From assembly GCF_006345805.1 (NCBI RefSeq), contig NW_021826510.1, positions 1-12,734 of the forward strand: 12,734 nt of DNA. Direction: 5' to 3'. Under the pieces are notes generated by a model that saw only the letters and a list, made by a program, of their open reading frames with translations, searched no databases and had not been told where the DNA came from. Shown here one piece after another: positions 7,406-12,734 of the stretch (within the stretch, counting starts at the first letter, position 1; every line of letters starts with the position of its first letter). Position numbers and translations under genes: made by a program. Origin of the DNA: Octopus sinensis (lineage: Eukaryota).

Positions 7406-8928
7406 ATGGATTTTGTGGTGAAGTGCGTGGAGATGATCAACGAGAGCAAGGTGGAGTTCCGCAATGTCAACACAGAAGAACTGGGCCTCCTACTTAGACC
7501 GACATATGACAACGAATACCTAGATAAACATGATCTTAGTAGTTTCTGCCCCAGACGTTTAAGAGGTAGACCACCCACAATTACTTCTATGGCTAGGAAG
7601 ACCCATATAAAGAGATGGAGCGGAAGGACCAGAGCCATTCGAACCCCCACTAATGTTCACCAGGTAAAGAAAATGATCGCACATGCACTAGGAGATAGTA
7701 TAAGAGTTACCCTAAAAGGCCACACGTTTAAGTTTAACAATAAAATATATGCCCAGGACGAGGGGGCAGCCATCGGCGTTAGTATCGCCGGTGACATGGC
7801 CAAACTTTTCATGGTATGATGGGACAGAAGGCTTAAGGAACGCCTAACACAGAACTGTGTACTCTCGCTATGTTGATGATATCAACATAGTGGTAAAGGC
7901 ACCCCCACAAGAGAGTACTCTTGAAATAGAAATAGAAACTAATACTATGGAGAGCATTCAGCAAATAGCTAACTCTATCCACCAGAGTACTAAGGTCACA
8001 ATAGACTACCCTACTAAACCCCCTAACCATAGACTACCAGTACTAAACACAGAACTCTGGCTAGAAACTGAAAATAATAAAACCCGAATCCTTCATTCGT
8101 ACTATGCCAAACCTATGGCCTCCAAATACTTGATCCACCGGAACTCAGCTATTGCGGACAATGCCAAATTCAGTATTTTGATGGCAGACCTCGCCAGAAT
8201 AATGCGAAATGTGTCCCGCATGTGCGAGCCTACAGAGTTAAAGAGACACATACAACATTTCGTTCACCGCATGCAGTTCTCAGGTTACAGACATAAAGAA
8301 AGGATCAGAGTATACAAAGGAACCATGAAGAAATTTGATACTGTCTTATGTAATGAGAGGAATGGGATTTGCCCACTCTAAAGGAGCAAGTCTTGGAACA
8401 CTATGGAAAGGACAAAGAAGAAAATAGGGAAGGCCAACTCTTGGTATGATAGCCACAAATACCAGAGTGTCATGTTCGTTGACACCACCCCTAGAGGTGA
8501 ACTGGCGTACCGCTTTAGAAGGACCCAAGACAAACTTAAGCTAAGGATTAAGGTTGTTGAAAAGCCAGACAACCCTATCAAATCCATAATCGGTAGAACC
8601 TACCCTTTTAGTAGAACTCCCTGTACAGATAGGTACTGTACTGTGTGTAGATTTAGCACACAAACAAACTGTAAAGCCCAGAAATGTAGTCTATAGTATA
8701 AGATGTATAGAGGGACGATGCAGTAACAAGACAACGACATACGTAGGGAAACGCACGAAGCATAGGGAGCGGGTAAATGGACATTGGAGAGAACTTCAGG
8801 AAGGTCTTGTCCTACAAAGAACAGACGCAACAATTAGACAAATTACGGAAGCTACACACATAATAGAAGATAAACCTAACCTGAATAGGAAACTAGAGTG
8901 GAACACTAGCACACACCACAACATATGA
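7406..8928 (+). mobile_element. 5'-truncated, disrupted Penelope-like retroelement ORF (RT + Cys linker + C-terminal GIY-YIG), Neptune/Nematis-like
   Basis: RT motif B QDEGAAIGVSIAG and motif C RYVDD, LPVLN, YAKPMAS, SGY, VMFVDTTPRGEL, RIKVVEK, linker C-x4-C-x2-C. Endonuclease VVYSIRC...YVGKRT..RER..GH...RQITEA..I...LNRKLEW* (8680-8928). Lesions: TGA 7817, frameshift near 7856, TAA 8379, frameshift near 8680, and a probable deletion in the endonuclease. Confidence 0.9.
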
Positions 8929-9039
8929 CAGAAGAGATCCCCATAACTGGTTACAATATAAACAAACTGAAAACATAATAAAATAAAATACCACAGATAA
9001 ATAAACAATGGAAGTAAATAACTTTATACATTTTTTTAA

Positions 9040-9305
9040 TCTTAATTTTTTTATTATTATTACTAGTATTGTTGTTATACATACATACAAGCATACGTAA
9101 TATAATAATAATAATAATAAATAAAAAAAAATAATAATAATATGAAATAATAGTAATAATAATGATAACAACAACAACACAACACCAACAATAATAATAA
9201 TAATAATAATAATATAATAATAATAATAATATAATAATGATAATACTAATAATAATGATAATGATAATAATAATGATAATAATAATGATAATAACAAAAT
9301 AATAA
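9040..9305. repeat. (AAT/AAC/GAT)n trinucleotide tracts
   Basis: Direct reading. Confidence 0.9.
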
Positions 9306-9533
9306 GTGGGTGTAAACACATGAACAAAATAAGAATAAAAAACAAAAAACATTACACGAACGTATATCAACAGAAGATGCAAATATTACGGCATTTCCCA
9401 CACACACACACTATTAAACATAGACGCACATAGAGATATACGCATGCGCAAATGAAGACACATATAATAGGAATACAAAATGGCTGACGGTTAGTAAGGA
9501 GAGACAACAAATAAGAAGAGAAGAAAGCAAGTA

Positions 9534-9655
9534 CCAACTGATGCGGTCACAGGAGTGTGACGAAGAACTCTGGCCGAAATAAGATTAAGATTAATGTAAA
9601 AATAAATAACACTGAGCAAAGTAACACCAATATATAGTGCGTGTGTCTTTATTGG
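9534..9655 (+). ncRNA. Hammerhead-like motif in the expected 3' pLTR position of the PLE (variant core)
   Basis: CCAA-CUGAUGC, stem II GGUCA 9545-9549 / UGGCC 9571-9575, GAAA 9576-9579. Possible stem III AAGAU/GUCUU, then UUA and a stem I partner UUGG 9652-9655. It deviates from consensus at A9 and by a bulged U9580. Confidence 0.3.
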
Positions 9656-9734
9656 CTAACTGTCAAAATGACCATTCTGAAATACAACAATATCTGTTTC
9701 AACACACGATTTCACATAAAAATCTTGCACAACA

Positions 9735-9736
<2 letters not shown>

Positions 9737-9827
<91 letters not shown>

Positions 9828-9847
9828 AGATAGATAGATAGATATAT

Positions 9848-9913
<66 letters not shown>

Positions 9914-9920
9914 CATAGAT
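9737..9920. repeat. (TA)n then (GATA)n array; reads (TATC)n directly after the LINE 3' end on the minus strand
   Basis: Direct reading. Confidence 0.95.
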
Positions 9921-9928
9921 AACTTTCT

Positions 9929-9934
9929 TTTATT
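9929..9934 (-). promoter_or_regulatory. Polyadenylation signal AATAAA at the LINE 3' end
   Basis: Plus-strand TTTATT lies about 8 nt from the start of the (TATC)n array. Confidence 0.6.
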
Positions 9935-10220
9935 AGCCACACAGGGCTGAATACAGAGGGGACAAATACAAATGCAGAGCTTTTCTTTTCGAGGGTGGAA
10001 AAAAAAGAAAAGAAATGTAAGATTGCGATCAAAAGGGATCGAGAGGAGGAAAAAAAAAAAAAACAGAAATCGTGTATCACAGAAATAATTATAAAAACAT
10101 TGATATAACAATATTGGGTTCATCCGTGGGAAGAAAGCCTACAGAAAAGACCACGGAACCTCAGTCAGGGAGGAAATTACCACATGAGATCAAATGCTCT
10201 CTTTCTTTCTTTTTTACGAT

Positions 10221-12734
10221 CTACAGGATCATGCTCAAATGGTTTCGTCACTAGCACGCCACCATCTTTGCAACATTCCACCCATCTTTTTTTTAATCTT
10301 TCGCGAGACAAAACTTCCCTCTGCATTCTCACCTTCCTTTTCAAGTGGTACTTGAAAAAGTTGATGAGCGATTGGCCAGAGAGTTAAGTGTTTGTCTCTA
10401 ATCCTTTCGCTCGGTCCACCACACACATTCTTTCACCATGGCCCAGGGATCTTTGGTGATTGTTCATAGGTCCCGGCCCGAAAGTTGTCCTGAACAGGCG
10501 GGTCGGTGTTCCTCGTCGACGCCAGACTCTGCCCGAGTTCGTCATCGCACCTCCCCTCCACTAATCCTCTATATGAATGCCTTTGTTGTGATGGAGTCGC
10601 ACAAGTTCGATCCCGGACGGCAGATTTGCTTGAGAGCCACGCGACACTCGCGGTGCCATTCGCCTAGCCTCGGTCTCTGCTTGATCCATGACTGTATTTC
10701 GTCCAAGGAGACGAGCTGCGGGAAAGCGCGCCGCACAAAAGCGACCACACCTATTCACCGTTGTCTATGAAGCGCCGGAGATGTCGCAGTCTCAGCGCAT
10801 GTCTGCGCATCATCAACCACGGCATGCCAGCCCTCCATTTAGCGGGTGGTGACAAGCAAATGGATCGCCTAACCATCGAACGTTTCCCTTCCACAAGAAC
10901 GGAAAGTATACGTTCCAGTTTGGTGATGGTAGGCTCGGGACAAGGCACGACGTCAGACGATACTCGATGACGGATGCGATGTACGCGTTCGCCACCTCTC
11001 CGCCCGACCTTTTAGAGATAGCTTTCTCTCAGCCTATTTCTGGGTGAGAGTAGCCACCCTAGTCGTTATCTCGCCCAGTTCTTCTCCATTTGGAGTCCGG
11101 ACCAAACCAGACCCCGAGCAATTTAACCGGTCCGTCCGTCCAGCGTCCCACGATGGAGACGCTGTTGGACGGCGGGCTTGCTTCTCCAGGTGCCGAGCCG
11201 CAAGCCACTGACTTTTCCCGGTTAATTTTTGCTCCCGTTACCGCTTCGTATTCTTTTAGTGTCTCGCCGACCTCTCGATGTGCTGGTAGCTCGACACTAT
11301 GACGGTGACGTCATCCGCGTATGCAGACACGCTCCTCCCCGCATCCCAGCTCTCGTGGGATGCCCCTCAGCGTCGCCAGTTTCCGCAGTAGTGGCTCAGA
11401 GTCAATACATACAGCAGCGATGAGAGGGGGCATCCCTGACGAACCGAACGCATGATGTTAAAAGGTCTGGATAGATGACCATTTACGCGAACTACTGAGC
11501 GGATGCCGCTGTATAAGGCAGCGATCTAACCGCGGAAAACTGGACCGAAACCAGCCGCTTTGAGGACAGCCTCCAAGTAGTGATGGTCTACCCTATCGAA
11601 GGCTTTTGATTGATCCAAATTGATCAGCGCCCCCCACCCATGCAGGATTCTTAACTACCCTGTCTATGATGTAGCGCATCAGATGGAGGTTGTCATGAAT
11701 ACTTCTAACCCGGCACGGCGCATGTTTGCGCCTTGTCGATTAGTTTCTTGATGACAAGCTCCAACCTCTCGGCTAACACCTTGGCCAAAATTTTCAAATC
11801 TGCGTTGAGCAGAGTGATGGGCCTGAAATTATCTATGACGTCCCCCTTGTTTGGGTCTTTCTTAATCAGTGCCACTGCTCCTCGCTTTACAAAAGCAGGA
11901 ATACTCCCGTTTTGCTGCCAGTTGCAGTAGACCAAGTCTGGCATATGAAAATAAAGTTCGTAGGGCAGACCATCCAAGCCTGGTGACTTGTCTCTCGCGC
12001 ATCCTACCATCGCATCCTGTACGTCCGCAGCTGTGATAGGCTTTCACAAGACTCCACCTCTCTTGCTGAGAGTCGTGGCAAGGCATGCAGGTAGGCACTA
12101 AAGCCACTCTGCTTTCTGACTCACCACTTGTCCAAACAGTTGGGTGAAGTGTTGTTGAAAAGCCCCACACATCCTTTTAGGCTCGAGCAATTCGCGCCCC
12201 TGTTCATCTATAAGAGACTTGATGTGTGCTCTCTGTTGCCTCGTTGCGTCTCCACCACTCGGGCCTCTTGGGCGGCTCCAACTCCTCGTCGTTCCTCAGA
12301 GCACGCATCCTAGCTCTGACAACGCATCCCTCGTGTTTGGCGTTGAGGTGTTGGTCTAGGGCCAATCTCGGCCGCCAGCACGTTGGACGCGATGCCAGTT
12401 CTAAGTGCCTCTTCTAAAACCTTAACTAATTCTCTCTCTATTCTATTTCGGTCTAATGCTTGGGCTCTACTGTATCTGACTGATTCTGCTTTAATTGCTT
12501 TTTTTAGGGCATACCACCATCTGTTGTTGATGATGGAACCCGTCAAAGCTCTCTTAACTAATGTGCTGATCCTGTCCCCTGTAAACCTGTCGTGCTGTAA
12601 AGACGCGTTCAGTTTCCAGTAACCAGGACCCTGCCTATGTGTCTTATCTAAGTCAAGTGTACAAGTCACAAACTTGTGATCTGTGTAACTGACTATATGA
12701 ATTGTGGACAACCTACACTATTTTTATCTATTGT
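10221..12734 (-). pseudogene. LINE ORF2 (APE-RT), broken by many frameshifts and stops
   Basis: RT motifs lie in shifting frames, with an in-frame TAG in FRG*I. C-terminal ...MVKECVWW...SLINFFKYHLKRKVR...SMIL* with the stop at 10221-10223. Confidence 0.85.

Larger units (their letters stand above)
9921..12734 (-). mobile_element. L1/Tx1-clade non-LTR retrotransposon (3' part of ORF2 plus 3' UTR); continues past the window edge
   Basis: APE endonuclease end (YTDH...GPGYWKLN), SPGLDG, FRPITLLNADLKILAKVL, LDQSKAFDRVDH, RQGCPLS, YADD (11310-11321), a ~300-nt 3' UTR and AATAAA near the end. Confidence 0.93.

Noticed and set aside
7817-7819. In-frame TGA in the PLE RT as possible recoding or selenocysteine
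   Set aside because: It falls where Trp (TGG) is expected (LFMVWWD), the ORF has other stops and frameshifts, and I saw no SECIS-like element. A simple G-to-A change or sequencing error explains it.
11436-11442. CTGACGA antisense to the LINE RQG motif
   Set aside because: No stem II closed by GAAA; it is dictated by the RT codons.
10438-12622. Plus-strand ORFs (10438-10770, 11090-11302, 12128-12417, 12383-12622 and others)
   Set aside because: Antisense shadows of the GC-richer LINE ORF2 with no recognisable motifs.

Overview
AT-rich, microsatellite-dense eukaryotic DNA. The repeat content suggests a cephalopod such as Octopus (inference from a recalled SINE family; no search was run). The left end has two well-supported, phase-compatible + strand coding exons (115-221, 857-999) of an unidentified gene, with weak NIDO-like motifs. 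The stretch 2.35-4.9 kb contains five type I hammerhead ribozyme (HHR) motifs of the Penelope-like element (PLE) type; four have short palindromic stem III regions. Two of them sit in the ~178-bp inverted arms of a 730-bp MITE-shaped element (2349-3078), and four have unusually long stem II domains. Further right are a 5'-truncated, disrupted PLE (RT plus GIY-YIG, 7406-8928, +) and a disrupted L1/Tx1-type LINE (9921-12734, -) ending in AATAAA plus a (TATC)n array. Most ORFs in the supplied track are microsatellite or antisense artefacts. All RNA folds were paired by eye.
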